NCBI GenBank assembly: GCA_036003195.1
Contig: DASYSP010000083.1
Span: 46,054 to 110,053, forward strand
Length of the DNA stretch: 64,000 nt
From: Casimicrobiaceae bacterium
Lineage (GTDB): Bacteria; Pseudomonadota; Gammaproteobacteria; Burkholderiales; Casimicrobiaceae
Reading direction: 5' to 3'
Position numbers and translations under genes: made by a program. Positions 48,600 through 59,573 of this stretch are shown here, piece after piece. How positions within the stretch are numbered: the stretch's first letter is position 1; each line of letters starts with the position of its first letter. The notes beneath the pieces were generated by a model that saw only the letters and a program-made list of their open reading frames with translations, searched no databases and was not told where the DNA came from.

Positions 48600-49400
48600 T
48601 TGGAGCACGCGCCAGCAACCGCGCAGGGCAGAAGTCGCGCGCCGCGCGAGCGGGCGGCGCGCCTCGTTGTTGGCAACTGGAAAGAGAACGGCAGCCTCGC
48701 CTCGAACGCGCGCCTGCTGGCATCGCTGGCGGCGGCGGAAGTCGATTGCGCGCTGGCAGTGTGCGTGCCGTTCCCGTACCTCGTGCAGGCGCAGGCGGCG
48801 CTGCAGGCAAGCGATGTCGCGTGGGGCGCGCAGGACGTGAGCGCGAACGCGTCGGGCGCCTATACGGGCGAGGTCGCGGCGGCCATGCTCGCGGAGTTTG
48901 GCTGCACCTACGCGCTGGCCGGGCATTCGGAGCGGCGGCAATGGCACGGCGAGCGCGATGACGTCGTCGCGGCGAAGGCGGCGGCGGCGCTGGCGGCGCG
49001 GGTGACGCCGATCGTCTGCATCGGCGAGACGCTGGCCGAGCGCGAACGCGGGGACACGCACGCCGTGGTATTGCGACAGCTGGACGCCGTGCTGACGAGG
49101 CTCGGAGCGGCGAGCGCGGACATCGTCCTCGCCTACGAGCCGGTGTGGGCCATCGGCACGGGGCGCAGCGCCACGCCGGGCGAGGCGCAGGAAGTGCATG
49201 CGCTGCTGCGGCGGCGCCTCGCGGCGGCCGGTGCGGCGAAGGTGTCGGTGCTGTACGGCGGCAGCGTCAAGGCCGCCAACGCCGGTGCGTTGTTCGCCGA
49301 GCGTGACATCGACGGTGCGCTGGTGGGTGGTGCATCGCTCGACGCGGATGAATTTTTGACGATTGCGCAAGCTGCGCGATCGCAAGGAAACGGGTCATGA
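48600..49400 (+). CDS. tpiA: Triosephosphate isomerase
   Basis: GNWK, GAQDV, GAYTGEV, GHSERR, AYEPVWAIGTG, LYGGSVK, DGALVGGASL; TTG start at 48600 inferred. Confidence 0.95.
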   Translation: MEHAPATAQGRSRAPRERAARLVVGNWKENGSLASNARLLASLAAAEVDCALAVCVPFPYLVQAQAALQASDVAWGAQDVSANASGAYTGEVAAAMLAEFGCTYALAGHSERRQWHGERDDVVAAKAAAALAARVTPIVCIGETLAERERGDTHAVVLRQLDAVLTRLGAASADIVLAYEPVWAIGTGRSATPGEAQEVHALLRRRLAAAGAAKVSVLYGGSVKAANAGALFAERDIDGALVGGASLDADEFLTIAQAARSQGNGS

Positions 49401-49798
49401 ACATCTGGGAATCGGTTTTGCTGGTGCTGCATCTGATGGTGGCCGCGGGCATCTGCGGCTTCGTGCTGCTGCAGCACGGCAAGGGCGCGGACATGGGCGC
49501 CGCATTCGGCAGCGGGTCGGCGGGCAGCGTCTTCGGCGCCGCAGGCTCGGCGAACTTCCTGTCGCGCACCACTGCCTGGCTCGCCGCGGTGTTCTTCCTG
49601 ACCAGCGTCGGGCTCACCTATCTCGGCACCCAGCACTATCGCGCGCGCGGCGGCGGCCTGATGGACCAGGTGCCGGTCACCGCGCCCGCGACCAAGGACG
49701 CGGCACCGGCCAAGGCCGGCGACGCCACGCCTCCCGCGAATCCGGCACCGGGGGCGGGCGGCGCCGCCCCGTCGAAGGCAGGCGAGGTGCCGAAGTAG
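49397..49798 (+). CDS. secG: Preprotein translocase subunit SecG
   Basis: VLLQHGKGADMGAAFGSG.AGS.FG..GSANFLSRTT; tpiA-secG synteny. Confidence 0.95.
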   Translation: MNIWESVLLVLHLMVAAGICGFVLLQHGKGADMGAAFGSGSAGSVFGAAGSANFLSRTTAWLAAVFFLTSVGLTYLGTQHYRARGGGLMDQVPVTAPATKDAAPAKAGDATPPANPAPGAGGAAPSKAGEVPK

Positions 49799-49872
49799 GA
49801 CGAGAATTGCAGCATCGCGATGACGGCCCGCCCCCGCGGATGGCGGACCGGATGAAGCGGGCGAACGAACAA

Positions 49873-49957
49873 GCCGACGTGGTGAAATTGGTAGACACGC
49901 TGTCTTGAGGGGGCAGTGGCGAAAGCCGTGGGAGTTCGAGTCTCCCCGTCGGCACCA
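49873..49957 (+). tRNA. tRNA-Leu (GAG)
   Basis: Acceptor GCCGACG/CGTCGGC plus ACCA, D loop GGTAGA, anticodon arm CTGTC-TTGAGGG-GGCAG, long variable arm GGC-GAAA-GCC, T arm GGGAG-TTCGAGT-CTCCC. Confidence 0.97.
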
Positions 49958-50063
49958 CCGAACGTGCGGTACGCGATGCGGTCGAATCCTCGACGACCGG
50001 TGACAATCTGGAGGCGACGAAGGGACGTGCCGCGCGATTCGCGCCGATCCGCAAGCGACGACG

Positions 50064-50420
50064 ATGCTCGAACAATACTTTCCGATCCTGCTCTTCATCG
50101 CGGTAGGCCTCGGCCTCGGGGCGCTGATGCTGGCGGTCGGCAGCCTCGTGGCGCCGTCGAAGCCCGATCCTTCCAAGCTCTCGCCGTACGAATGCGGGTT
50201 CGAGGCGTTCGAGGACGCGCGGATGAAGTTCGACGTGCGCTACTACCTCGTGGCGATCCTGTTCATCCTGTTCGACCTCGAGATCGCGTTCCTGTTTCCG
50301 TGGGCCGTCGTGCTGCCCGACATCGGCTTCGCCGGTTTCGCGGCGATGATGGTCTTCCTCGCCGTGCTGGTGGTCGGCTTCGTCTACGAATGGAAGAAAG
50401 GCGCGCTGGACTGGGAATGA
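50064..50420 (+). CDS. nuoA: NADH-quinone oxidoreductase subunit A
   Basis: [46 protein letters not shown]. Confidence 0.97.
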   Translation: MLEQYFPILLFIAVGLGLGALMLAVGSLVAPSKPDPSKLSPYECGFEAFEDARMKFDVRYYLVAILFILFDLEIAFLFPWAVVLPDIGFAGFAAMMVFLAVLVVGFVYEWKKGALDWE

Positions 50421-50437
50421 CCCGCTAGCGGAACCAC

Positions 50438-50914
50438 ATGGCACTCGAGGGCGTATTCGAACAGGGCTTCGTCACCACGAAGCTCGACACCGTGATCAAC
50501 TGGGCGCGCAACGGCTCGATGTGGCCGATGACGTTCGGCCTCGCCTGCTGCGCGGTGGAGATGATGCACGCCGGCGCGGCGCGCTACGACCTCGATCGCT
50601 TCGGCGTGGTGTTCCGCCCCAGCCCGCGCCAGTCCGACGTGATGATCGTCGCCGGCACGCTGTGCAACAAGATGGCGCCCGCGCTGCGCAAGGTCTACGA
50701 GCAGATGCCCGAGCCGCGCTGGGTGATCTCGATGGGCTCGTGCGCCAACGGCGGCGGCTACTACCACTATTCGTACTCGGTGGTCCGCGGCTGCGACCGC
50801 ATCGTGCCGGTGGATATCTACGTGCCGGGCTGCCCGCCCACCGCGGAGGCATTGCTGTACGGGATCCTGCAGCTGCAGAACAAGGTCTGGCGCACCAACA
50901 CGATCGCCCGCTGA
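50438..50914 (+). CDS. nuoB: NADH-quinone oxidoreductase subunit B
   Basis: [31 protein letters not shown]. Confidence 0.97.
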   Translation: MALEGVFEQGFVTTKLDTVINWARNGSMWPMTFGLACCAVEMMHAGAARYDLDRFGVVFRPSPRQSDVMIVAGTLCNKMAPALRKVYEQMPEPRWVISMGSCANGGGYYHYSYSVVRGCDRIVPVDIYVPGCPPTAEALLYGILQLQNKVWRTNTIAR

Positions 50915-51528
50915 TGAGTGCCCGACTCGACTCCCTCGTGAAGTCCGTCGCCGACACGCTGGGCGCAGCGCTCGTGGCGACGACGATCGATCGCGGCGAG
51001 GTCACGGCCCAGGTCCGCCCCGAGGGCTTCAAGGCGACGATGCTCGCGGTGCGCGATACGCCCGCGCTGCGCTTCGAGCAGCTGATCGACATCTGCGGCG
51101 TCGATTACTCCGCCTACACCGGCGCGCCCGGGGATCGGCCGCGCTACGCGGCGGTCTACCATCTGCTGTCGCTCGCCCACAACCACCGCCTGCGGGTGCG
51201 CGCGTTCGTCGCCGACGACGCGTTTCCGGTGATCGACAGCGTGGTCGGCGTGTGGCCGGCCGCCAACTGGTTCGAGCGCGAGGCGTTCGACCTCTACGGC
51301 ATCATGTTCAGCGGGCACCCCGACCTGCGCCGCATCCTGACCGACTACGGCTTCGTCGGCCACCCTTTCCGCAAGGACTTCCCGATCTACGGGCAGGTGG
51401 AGATGCGCTTCGATCCGCAGCAGGGTCGCGTCATCTACCAGCCGGTGACGATCGAGCCGCGCGAAATCGTGCCACGCATCGTGCGCGAAGAGGCTTACGC
51501 CGACGAACCGGGCTTCGCCAAGGGCTGA
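50914..51528 (+). CDS. nuoC: NADH-quinone oxidoreductase subunit C
   Basis: [51 protein letters not shown]. Confidence 0.96.
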   Translation: MSARLDSLVKSVADTLGAALVATTIDRGEVTAQVRPEGFKATMLAVRDTPALRFEQLIDICGVDYSAYTGAPGDRPRYAAVYHLLSLAHNHRLRVRAFVADDAFPVIDSVVGVWPAANWFEREAFDLYGIMFSGHPDLRRILTDYGFVGHPFRKDFPIYGQVEMRFDPQQGRVIYQPVTIEPREIVPRIVREEAYADEPGFAKG

Positions 51529-51529
51529 C

Positions 51530-52783
51530 GTGGCTGAAATCCGCAATTACACGATCAACTTCGGGCCGCAGCATCCCGCCGCGCACGGCGTGCTGCGCCT
51601 CGTGCTCGAGCTCGACGGCGAGGTGATCGAGCGCGCCGATCCGCACATCGGCCTGCTGCACCGCGCGACGGAGAAGCTGGCCGAGACGCGCACGTGGATC
51701 CAGTCGCTGCCGTACATGGATCGCCTCGACTACGTGTCGATGATGTGCAACGAGCATGCGTACTGCCTCGCCATCGAGCGCCTGCTCGGCATCGAGGTGC
51801 CGATCCGCGCCCAGTACATCCGCGTGATGTTCGACGAGATCACGCGGCTGATGAACCACCTGATGTGGCTTGGTGCGCACTCGCTCGACGTCGGCGCGAT
51901 GACGACGTTCCTGTACTGCTTTCGCGAGCGCGAGGACCTGTTCGACATGTACGAGGCGGTATCGGGCGCGCGCATGCATGCCGCCTACTACCGTCCCGGC
52001 GGCGTCTACCGCGACCTGCCCGAGCGCATGCCGCAATACAAGGCGCAGGCGACGCGCAACGCGCGCGCGCTCGCCGACATGAACGAGAACCGGCAGGGCT
52101 CGCTGCTCGACTTCATCGAGGATTTCACTCGCCGCTTCCCGGGCTACGTCGACGACTACGAGACGCTGCTCACCGAGAACCGCATCTGGAAGCAGCGCAC
52201 GGTCGGCATCGGCGTGGTCACCGCGGAGCGCGCGCTGGCGCTGGGCTTCACCGGGCCGATGCTGCGCGGCTCGGGCGTGCCCTGGGACCTGCGCAAGAAG
52301 CAGCCGTACGAGGTGTACGACCGGATGGACTTCGACATCCCGGTGGGTGCCAGCGGCGACTGCTACGACCGCTACCTCGTGCGCGTCGAGGAGATGCGCC
52401 AGTCGAACCGCATCATCCGCCAGTGCATCGAGTGGCTGCGCGCCAATCCCGGGCCGGTGATCGTCGACAACCACAAGGTGGCGCCGCCCTCGCGCGAGTC
52501 GATGAAGACCAACATGGAAGAGCTGATCCATCACTTCAAGCTGTTCACCGAGGGCATGCACGTGCCCGCGGGCGAGGTCTATGCGGCGATCGAGCATCCG
52601 AAAGGCGAGTTCGGCGTGTATGCCATCTCGGACGGCGCCAACAAGCCCTACCGGATCAAGCTGCGCGCGCCCGACTTCGTGCACCTGTCGGCGCTCGACG
52701 AGATGTCGCGCGGCCACATGATCGCCGACGTCGTCGCCATCATCGGCACGCAAGACATCGTGTTCGGATCCGTCGACCGATGA
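51530..52783 (+). CDS. nuoD: NADH-quinone oxidoreductase subunit D
   Basis: [55 protein letters not shown]. Confidence 0.97.
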   Translation: MAEIRNYTINFGPQHPAAHGVLRLVLELDGEVIERADPHIGLLHRATEKLAETRTWIQSLPYMDRLDYVSMMCNEHAYCLAIERLLGIEVPIRAQYIRVMFDEITRLMNHLMWLGAHSLDVGAMTTFLYCFREREDLFDMYEAVSGARMHAAYYRPGGVYRDLPERMPQYKAQATRNARALADMNENRQGSLLDFIEDFTRRFPGYVDDYETLLTENRIWKQRTVGIGVVTAERALALGFTGPMLRGSGVPWDLRKKQPYEVYDRMDFDIPVGASGDCYDRYLVRVEEMRQSNRIIRQCIEWLRANPGPVIVDNHKVAPPSRESMKTNMEELIHHFKLFTEGMHVPAGEVYAAIEHPKGEFGVYAISDGANKPYRIKLRAPDFVHLSALDEMSRGHMIADVVAIIGTQDIVFGSVDR

Positions 52784-53331
52784 GCGCGCCGCAATCGAAC
52801 CTGCGCGACGCCGCGGACGCCGAAGGTCCGCTGTCGGCCGAGGCGCGCACGCGGATCGACCGCGCGGTCGCCAAATATCCGCCCGACCAGCGCCAGTCCG
52901 CGGTCATGGCGGCACTGACCATCGCCCAGGACGAGCATGGCTGGCTGTCGACGGCGACGATGGACGCGGTCGCGCACTACCTCGGCATGCCGCCGGTCGC
53001 CGTCTACGAGGTCGCCACGTTCTACACGATGTACGACGTGGCACCGGTCGGCCGCTTCAAGCTCACGGTCTGCACCAACCTGCCCTGCGCGCTGTCGGGC
53101 GGCGAGGCCGCGGCATTGCACCTCAAGGCGAAGCTCGGCATCGGGTACAACCAGACGACGCCCGATGGGCTGTTCACGCTGAAGGAAGGCGAGTGCATGG
53201 GTGCCTGCGGCGATGCGCCGGTGATGCTGGTCAACAACAAGCGCATGTGCAGTTTCATGTCCGACGCGCGGTTGGACGAGCTCGTCGCGGAACTCGCGGC
53301 CAAGCCCGCCGCGGGCGGCAACGCACCATGA
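52780..53331 (+). CDS. nuoE: NADH-quinone oxidoreductase subunit E
   Basis: [24 protein letters not shown] (2Fe-2S ligands). Confidence 0.96.
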   Translation: MSAPQSNLRDAADAEGPLSAEARTRIDRAVAKYPPDQRQSAVMAALTIAQDEHGWLSTATMDAVAHYLGMPPVAVYEVATFYTMYDVAPVGRFKLTVCTNLPCALSGGEAAALHLKAKLGIGYNQTTPDGLFTLKEGECMGACGDAPVMLVNNKRMCSFMSDARLDELVAELAAKPAAGGNAP

Positions 53332-54632
53332 ACGCACCTTCCGAATTCCTCGACTACGGCCCGGACGCCGTGCTGATGGCGGGACTCACCGGCCGCAACT
53401 GGCGATTGGCCGACTATGTCGCCCGCGGCGGCTACGAGGCGCTGAAAAAGATTCTCGCGGCGAAGACGCCGCCCGCCGAGATCATCGCCGAAGTGAAGAA
53501 ATCGGCGCTGCGCGGACGCGGCGGGGCGGGATTCCCCACCGGGCTCAAGTGGAGCTTCATGCCGCAGCAGTTTCCCGGCGCCAAGTACCTCGTGTGCAAC
53601 TCGGACGAGGGCGAGCCCGGCACGTTCAAGGACCGCGACCTCCTGCGTTACAACCCGCACAGCGTCATCGAGGGCATGGCGATCGCCGCCTACGCGATGG
53701 GCTGCGCGCGGGGCTACAACTACATCCACGGCGAGATCTGGGACACCTACGAACGCTGTGAGGAGGCGCTGGCCGAGGCGTACACCGCGGGCCTGCTCGG
53801 CGACGACATCCTCGGCAGCGGCTTCAGCTTCAACCTGCAGAACCACCACGGCTACGGCGCGTACATCTGCGGTGAGGAAACGGCGCTGCTCGAGTCGCTG
53901 GAAGGCAAGAAGGGCAATCCGCGCTTCAAGCCGCCGTTTCCGGCGAGCTTCGGGCTCTACGGCAAGCCGACGACGATCAACAACACCGAGACGTTCGCCG
54001 CGGTACCGTGGATCATCCGCAACGGCGGACAGTGGTTTCTCGAGCTCGGGCGGCCGAACAACGGCGGCACCAAGCTGTTTTCCGTCACCGGCGACGTCGT
54101 CCGTCCCGGCAACTACGAGGTGAAGCTCGGCACGCCGTTCGCCACGCTGCTCGAGATGGCAGGCGGCATGCGCGGCGGCCGCGCGCTGAAGGCGTGCATT
54201 CCCGGCGGCTCGTCGATGCCGGTGCTGCCGGGCGACGTCATGCTCGCCACCGACATGGACTACGACTCGATCGCCAAGGCGGGCTCGATGCTCGGCTCGG
54301 GCGCGGTGATCTGCATGGACGAGTCGCGCTGCATGGTGAAGAGCCTGCTGCGCCTGTCCTATTTCTATTTCGAGGAATCGTGCGGCCAGTGCACGCCGTG
54401 CCGCGAAGGCACGGGATGGCTGTGGCGGATGGTGAATCGCATCGAGCACGGCGAGGGCCGCCAGGAGGACCTCGACCTGCTGGTGTCCGTCGCGGACAAC
54501 ATCGCCGGGCGCACCATCTGCGCGCTCGGGGATGCTGCGGCGCTGCCGGTGAAGAGCTTCATCAAGCATTTCCGCAGCGAGTTCCAGCATCACATCGACC
54601 ACAAGCGCTGCCTCGTGGCGCCCTACCATTGA
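53328..54632 (+). CDS. nuoF: NADH-quinone oxidoreductase subunit F
   Basis: [54 protein letters not shown]. Confidence 0.97.
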   Translation: MNAPSEFLDYGPDAVLMAGLTGRNWRLADYVARGGYEALKKILAAKTPPAEIIAEVKKSALRGRGGAGFPTGLKWSFMPQQFPGAKYLVCNSDEGEPGTFKDRDLLRYNPHSVIEGMAIAAYAMGCARGYNYIHGEIWDTYERCEEALAEAYTAGLLGDDILGSGFSFNLQNHHGYGAYICGEETALLESLEGKKGNPRFKPPFPASFGLYGKPTTINNTETFAAVPWIIRNGGQWFLELGRPNNGGTKLFSVTGDVVRPGNYEVKLGTPFATLLEMAGGMRGGRALKACIPGGSSMPVLPGDVMLATDMDYDSIAKAGSMLGSGAVICMDESRCMVKSLLRLSYFYFEESCGQCTPCREGTGWLWRMVNRIEHGEGRQEDLDLLVSVADNIAGRTICALGDAAALPVKSFIKHFRSEFQHHIDHKRCLVAPYH

Positions 54633-54651
54633 TCGCGCGACGCACGCAGCC

Positions 54652-56997
54652 ATGCTGACCATCGAGATCGACGGCAAGCCGGTCGAGCTGCCGAACGGCA
54701 GCACCGTCATGGACGGCGCCAACAAGCTCGGCATCTACGTGCCGCACTTCTGCTGGCACCAGAAGCTGTCGATCGCCGCCAATTGCCGGATGTGCCTGGT
54801 GCAGGTGGAAAAGGCGCCGAAGCCGCTGCCGGCCTGCGCGACGCCCGCGACCGACGGCATGAAGGTGTACACGCAATCGGAGCAGGCGAAGAAGGCGCAG
54901 CAGGGGGTCATGGAGTTCCTGCTGATCAACCATCCGCTCGATTGCCCGATCTGCGACCAGGGTGGCGAATGCCAGCTGCAGGACCTCGCCGTTGGCTACG
55001 GCAACTCGTCGTCGCGCTACCAGGAAGAGAAGCGCGTGGTGTTCCACAAGAACCTCGGGCCGCTGGTCGCGGCCGAGGAGATGACACGCTGCATCCAGTG
55101 CACGCGCTGCATTCGTTTCGGCCAGGAGATCGCCGGCGTGATGGAGCTCGGCATGGCCGGCCGCGGCGAGCGCGAGGAGATCGTGACGTTCGTCGGCAAG
55201 ACCGTCGATTCCGAGCTCTCCGGCAACATGATCGACCTATGCCCGGTGGGCGCATTGACGTCGAAGCCGTTCCGCTATTCGGCACGCACCTGGGAGCTCG
55301 CCCGCCGCAAGAGCGTGTCGCCGCACGACGCACTCGGCAGCAACCTCGTGGTGCAGGTCAAGGGCGACACTGTGAAGCGCGTGCTGCCGCTGGAGAACGA
55401 GGCGATCAACGAGTGCTGGCTGTCGGACCGCGACCGCTTCTCGTACGAAGCGCTCAACTCGGAAGAGCGTCTCACCGAGCCGATGATCCGCCGCGCCGGC
55501 AACGACGGCTCGAGCACGTGGCAGGCGGTCGACTGGCAGACGGCGCTCGAGCACGTGGCCAAGGGGCTCGGAGACGTCGCGCACAAGCACGGCGGCGGGG
55601 CGCTCGGCGCACTGTGCGCACCGCACGCCACCACCGAGGAGCTCGCGCTGACGGCGCGGCTGATGCGCGGCCTCGGCAGCGACAATATCGATCACCGGCT
55701 GCGGCAGTCGGACTTCCGTGGCGATGGCCACGGTGCAGGCATCGCCTGGCTCGGCATGCCGATCGCCGACCTGTCGAAGCTCGACCGCGCACTGGTGGTC
55801 GGCAGCTTCCTGCGCAAGGACCACCCGCTCGTCGCGCAAAGGTTGCGGCTCGCCGCGCGCAAGGGGACGCTCGTGTCCGTGGTCAATCCGGTCGACGACG
55901 ACTGGCTGATGCCGATCGCACAGAAGGCCATCGCGCCGCCGTCGCGAATGCCGCGCCTGCTGGCCGAGATCGTCGTCGCCGCGGCCGCGCGCAAGGGCGT
56001 GCCGGCACCGGCGGCGCTGGCGGGCATCGAGGCGGATGACACGGCGCGCGCGATCGCCGAAAGCCTCGCCGACGGCCAGCGCGCGGCGATCCTGCTCGGC
56101 AACCTCGCCGAACAGCATCGCGACGCGTCGCAGCTGCTCGCGCTGGCGCAGGCGCTGGCCGAGATCTCGGGGGCGACGCTGGGCTGCCTCACCGAATCGG
56201 CGAACAGCCTCGGTGCCGAGATCGCCGGCGCGCGTCCGGCCGCCGGGGGCCTCGATGCCCAGGCGATGCTTGCCGATCCGCGCAAGGCCTATCTCATCCT
56301 GCACGCCGAGCCCGAGTTCGACTGCGCCAACCCCGTGGCCGCGCGCGCCGCGCTGGAAAAAGCCGACTTCGTCGTGGTCATGAGCCCGTTCCGCCATGCC
56401 GCGAGTTACGCCGACGTGCTGCTGCCCATCGCGCCGTTCACCGAGACCGCCGGCACGTTCGTCAACTGCGAAGGCCGCGCCCAGAAGTTCAACGGCGTGG
56501 TGAAGCCGCTGCGCGACACGCGTCCCGCTTGGAAGGTGCTGCGCGTGCTCGGCACGCTGCTCGGCCTGCCGGGCTTCGCCTTCGAGTCGATCGACGACGT
56601 GCGCGCCGAATGCCTGCCGGCGCAAGCGGCGATCGACGCGCGCCTCGCCAACCGCACGTCCGTCGCAATCGTCGCACCCTCGGCGGTGGCCAACGGCGTC
56701 GAGCGCGTCGCCGACGTCCCCATCTACTTCAGCGACGCCATCGTGCGCCGCGCGGCGTCGCTGCAGCAGACGGCCGATGCGCGTGCGCCGCGCGCGCGGA
56801 TGCACCGCAGCCTCTACGACAGCCTCAAGCTGGGTGACGGCGCGCAGGTCAAGGTGAAGCAGGGGCGCGGCGAGGCGGTGCTGTCAGCGGTCGTCGATCC
56901 TGCGGTGCCCCCGGGAGTGGTCGCGGTTTCGGCGGCGCATCCGTCGACCTGCCATCTCGAAGGCATGACCGGCGCGGTGAGCGTGGAGCGCGCGTGA
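54652..56997 (+). CDS. nuoG: NADH-quinone oxidoreductase subunit G
   Basis: [52 protein letters not shown]. Confidence 0.97.
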   Translation: MLTIEIDGKPVELPNGSTVMDGANKLGIYVPHFCWHQKLSIAANCRMCLVQVEKAPKPLPACATPATDGMKVYTQSEQAKKAQQGVMEFLLINHPLDCPICDQGGECQLQDLAVGYGNSSSRYQEEKRVVFHKNLGPLVAAEEMTRCIQCTRCIRFGQEIAGVMELGMAGRGEREEIVTFVGKTVDSELSGNMIDLCPVGALTSKPFRYSARTWELARRKSVSPHDALGSNLVVQVKGDTVKRVLPLENEAINECWLSDRDRFSYEALNSEERLTEPMIRRAGNDGSSTWQAVDWQTALEHVAKGLGDVAHKHGGGALGALCAPHATTEELALTARLMRGLGSDNIDHRLRQSDFRGDGHGAGIAWLGMPIADLSKLDRALVVGSFLRKDHPLVAQRLRLAARKGTLVSVVNPVDDDWLMPIAQKAIAPPSRMPRLLAEIVVAAAARKGVPAPAALAGIEADDTARAIAESLADGQRAAILLGNLAEQHRDASQLLALAQALAEISGATLGCLTESANSLGAEIAGARPAAGGLDAQAMLADPRKAYLILHAEPEFDCANPVAARAALEKADFVVVMSPFRHAASYADVLLPIAPFTETAGTFVNCEGRAQKFNGVVKPLRDTRPAWKVLRVLGTLLGLPGFAFESIDDVRAECLPAQAAIDARLANRTSVAIVAPSAVANGVERVADVPIYFSDAIVRRAASLQQTADARAPRARMHRSLYDSLKLGDGAQVKVKQGRGEAVLSAVVDPAVPPGVVAVSAAHPSTCHLEGMTGAVSVERA

Positions 56998-58052
56998 TGG
57001 ACGAAGTGATCAGCACCGGGCAGAGCCTCTTCGGCGTGGCGTGGCTGCCGTTGTGGACGCTGTTCAAGATCATCTGCCTCGTGGTGCCGCTCATCCTCGC
57101 CGTGGCCTACCTGACGCTCGCCGAGCGCAAGGTCATCGGCTACATGCAGGTGCGCATCGGTCCCAACCGCGTGGGACCGCTCGGCCTGCTGCAGCCGTTC
57201 GCCGACGTGCTGAAGCTCGTGCTCAAGGAAATCGTCGTCCCGACCGGGTCGAGCAAGGCGCTGTTCTACATCGCGCCGGTGCTGTCGATCGCGCCGGCGA
57301 TCGCCGCGTGGGCGGTGATCCCGCTGACCGGCACGCTGGTGTTCGCGAACATCAACGCCGGGCTCCTCTACCTGCTGGCGATGACGTCGATCGGCGTGTA
57401 CGGCGTCATCCTTGCCGGCTGGGCGTCGAACTCCAAGTACGCGTTCCTCGGCGCGCTGCGCTCCGCGGCGCAGATCGTCAGCTACGAGATCGCGATGGGG
57501 TTCGCGCTCGTCGGCGTGCTGATGGCGGCCAACAGCCTCAACCTGTCGGACATCGTAGACGGGCAGGCGGGCGGTGCCGCGTACTGGTACGTGTGGCCGC
57601 TCCTGCCGCTGTTCGTCGTCTACCTCGTGTCGGGCATCGCCGAGACCAACCGCCATCCGTTCGACGTCGCCGAGGGCGAGTCGGAGATCGTCGCCGGATT
57701 CCACGTCGAGTACTCGGGCGTGACGTTCGCGATCTTCTTCCTCGCCGAGTACATGAACATGATCCTCATCTCGGCGCTGGCGTCGGTCATGTTCCTCGGC
57801 GGCTGGCTCGCGCCCTATCCGATGTTCAACGAAGGGCCGCTGGCGTGGCTGCTGGGCGACGGCCTGCTGTGGCTCGGCCTCAAGGTCGCGGCGATTCTGT
57901 TCGTCTTCCTGTGGATTCGCGCGACGTTTCCGCGCTATCGCTACGACCAGATCATGCGTCTCGGCTGGAAGGTGTTCATTCCCGTGACGCTGGTGTGGAT
58001 CGTGTTCATCGGCGCGATGATGCAGACGCGCTTCGCCGGCATGTTCCATTGA
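56997..58052 (+). CDS. nuoH: NADH-quinone oxidoreductase subunit H
   Basis: [44 protein letters not shown]...EYSG, PRYRYDQ.M.LGWK. Confidence 0.97.
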   Translation: MDEVISTGQSLFGVAWLPLWTLFKIICLVVPLILAVAYLTLAERKVIGYMQVRIGPNRVGPLGLLQPFADVLKLVLKEIVVPTGSSKALFYIAPVLSIAPAIAAWAVIPLTGTLVFANINAGLLYLLAMTSIGVYGVILAGWASNSKYAFLGALRSAAQIVSYEIAMGFALVGVLMAANSLNLSDIVDGQAGGAAYWYVWPLLPLFVVYLVSGIAETNRHPFDVAEGESEIVAGFHVEYSGVTFAIFFLAEYMNMILISALASVMFLGGWLAPYPMFNEGPLAWLLGDGLLWLGLKVAAILFVFLWIRATFPRYRYDQIMRLGWKVFIPVTLVWIVFIGAMMQTRFAGMFH

Positions 58053-58059
58053 GGCGACG

Positions 58060-58551
58060 ATGAGCCAGCGCATCCGCGACTTCTTCAACACCTGGTTTCT
58101 GCTCGAGCTGTTCCGCGGGCTCAGGCTCACCGGGCGGCATTTCTTCGCGCGCAAGGTGACCGTGCAGTTCCCCGAGGAGAAGACGCCGCAGAGCCCGCGT
58201 TTCCGCGGCCTGCACGCGCTGCGGCGCTATCCCAACGGCGAGGAGCGGTGCATCGCCTGCAAGCTGTGCGAGGCGGTGTGCCCGGCGCTGGCGATCACCA
58301 TCGAATCCGACCAGCGCGACGACGGCACGCGGCGCACGACGCGTTACGACATCGACCTCACGAAGTGCATCTTCTGCGGCTTTTGCGAGGAATCGTGCCC
58401 GGTCGACTCGATCGTCGAGACGCGCATCCTCGAGTACCATGGCGAGCGCCGCGGCGACCTCTACTACACGAAGGAGATGCTGCTGGCCGTGGGCGACCGC
58501 TACGAGTCGCAGATCGCCGCCGACCGCGCGGAGGACGCGCGCTACCGCTGA
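58060..58551 (+). CDS. nuoI: NADH-quinone oxidoreductase subunit I
   Basis: [29 protein letters not shown] (two 4Fe-4S motifs). Confidence 0.97.
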   Translation: MSQRIRDFFNTWFLLELFRGLRLTGRHFFARKVTVQFPEEKTPQSPRFRGLHALRRYPNGEERCIACKLCEAVCPALAITIESDQRDDGTRRTTRYDIDLTKCIFCGFCEESCPVDSIVETRILEYHGERRGDLYYTKEMLLAVGDRYESQIAADRAEDARYR

Positions 58552-58573
58552 GTCCGCGTCGCGACTGCCACCG

Positions 58574-59170
58574 ATGATGTTCACCACCGCGCTCTTCTAC
58601 TTCTTCGCCGCGATCCTGATCTTCGCGGCGCTGTGCGTCGTCACCTCGCGCAATCCGGTGCATTCGGCGCTGTGGCTCGTGCTCGCGTTCTTCACCGCTG
58701 CCGCGATCTGGATGCTGCTGCGCGCGGAATTCCTGGCGATCGTGCTGGTGCTGGTGTACGTCGGCGCCGTGATGGTGCTGTTCCTGTTCGTGGTGATGAT
58801 GCTCGACGTCAACTTCGAGCATCTGCGCCGCGGCTTCCGCAGCTACATCCCGGTGGGCGCGACGGTGGGCCTGCTGGTGCTGCTGGAAATGACACTGGTG
58901 CTGGTCGGCGGCGGCACGGCGCGCGCGCCGTCGGTGGGCCTCGCGCAGGTGTCCAACACCAAGGCGCTCGGCGCGCTGATCTACGTCGACTACGTGTACC
59001 CGTTCGAGATCGCCGCCGTCATCCTGCTGGTGGCGATCGTCGCCGCCATCGCGCTGACGTGGCGGCGGCGCAAGGAGACGCGCTACCAGGATCCCGCCGC
59101 GCAGGTGAAGGTGCACCGCGGCGACCGGTTGCGGATCGTGAGGATGGCCGCGGAGAAGCGCGAAGACTGA
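58574..59170 (+). CDS. nuoJ: NADH-quinone oxidoreductase subunit J
   Basis: NPVHSALWL, AEFLAI..VLVYVGAVMVLFLFVVMML, YPFEIAAVILLVAIVAAI.L. Confidence 0.96.
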   Translation: MMFTTALFYFFAAILIFAALCVVTSRNPVHSALWLVLAFFTAAAIWMLLRAEFLAIVLVLVYVGAVMVLFLFVVMMLDVNFEHLRRGFRSYIPVGATVGLLVLLEMTLVLVGGGTARAPSVGLAQVSNTKALGALIYVDYVYPFEIAAVILLVAIVAAIALTWRRRKETRYQDPAAQVKVHRGDRLRIVRMAAEKRED

Positions 59171-59248
59171 CAGCCGCGAGAGCGACATGCGATGGCCGAG
59201 CGGCGGGAGGCATTGCGCGCGCGGCAACGACGACAACAACGGACCGAC

Positions 59249-59569
59249 ATGGCCTTCCTGACCGCGCCCACGCTGGCGCACTACCTGATACTGGGCGCGA
59301 TCCTGTTCGCGATCAGCATGGCGGGGATCTTCCTCAACCGCAAGAACGTCATCATCCTGCTGATGGCGATCGAGCTGATGCTGCTCGCGGTCAACCTCAA
59401 CTTCATCACCTTCTCCTACCACCTCGGCGACATGGCGGGGCAGGTGTTCGTGTTCTTCATCCTGACGGTCGCCGCCGCCGAGTCGGCGATCGGCCTCGCG
59501 ATCCTCGTGCTGCTGTTCCGCAACGTCGGCTCGATCGACGTCGACGACCTCGACGAGCTCAAGGGCTGA
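59249..59569 (+). CDS. nuoK: NADH-quinone oxidoreductase subunit K
   Basis: [42 protein letters not shown]. Confidence 0.97.
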   Translation: MAFLTAPTLAHYLILGAILFAISMAGIFLNRKNVIILLMAIELMLLAVNLNFITFSYHLGDMAGQVFVFFILTVAAAESAIGLAILVLLFRNVGSIDVDDLDELKG

Positions 59570-59573
59570 CGCC

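Noticed and set aside
49873..50063. tRNA-Leu as an island integration site
   Set aside because: nuoA follows within about 106 bp; no integrase and no duplicated tRNA 3' end seen.
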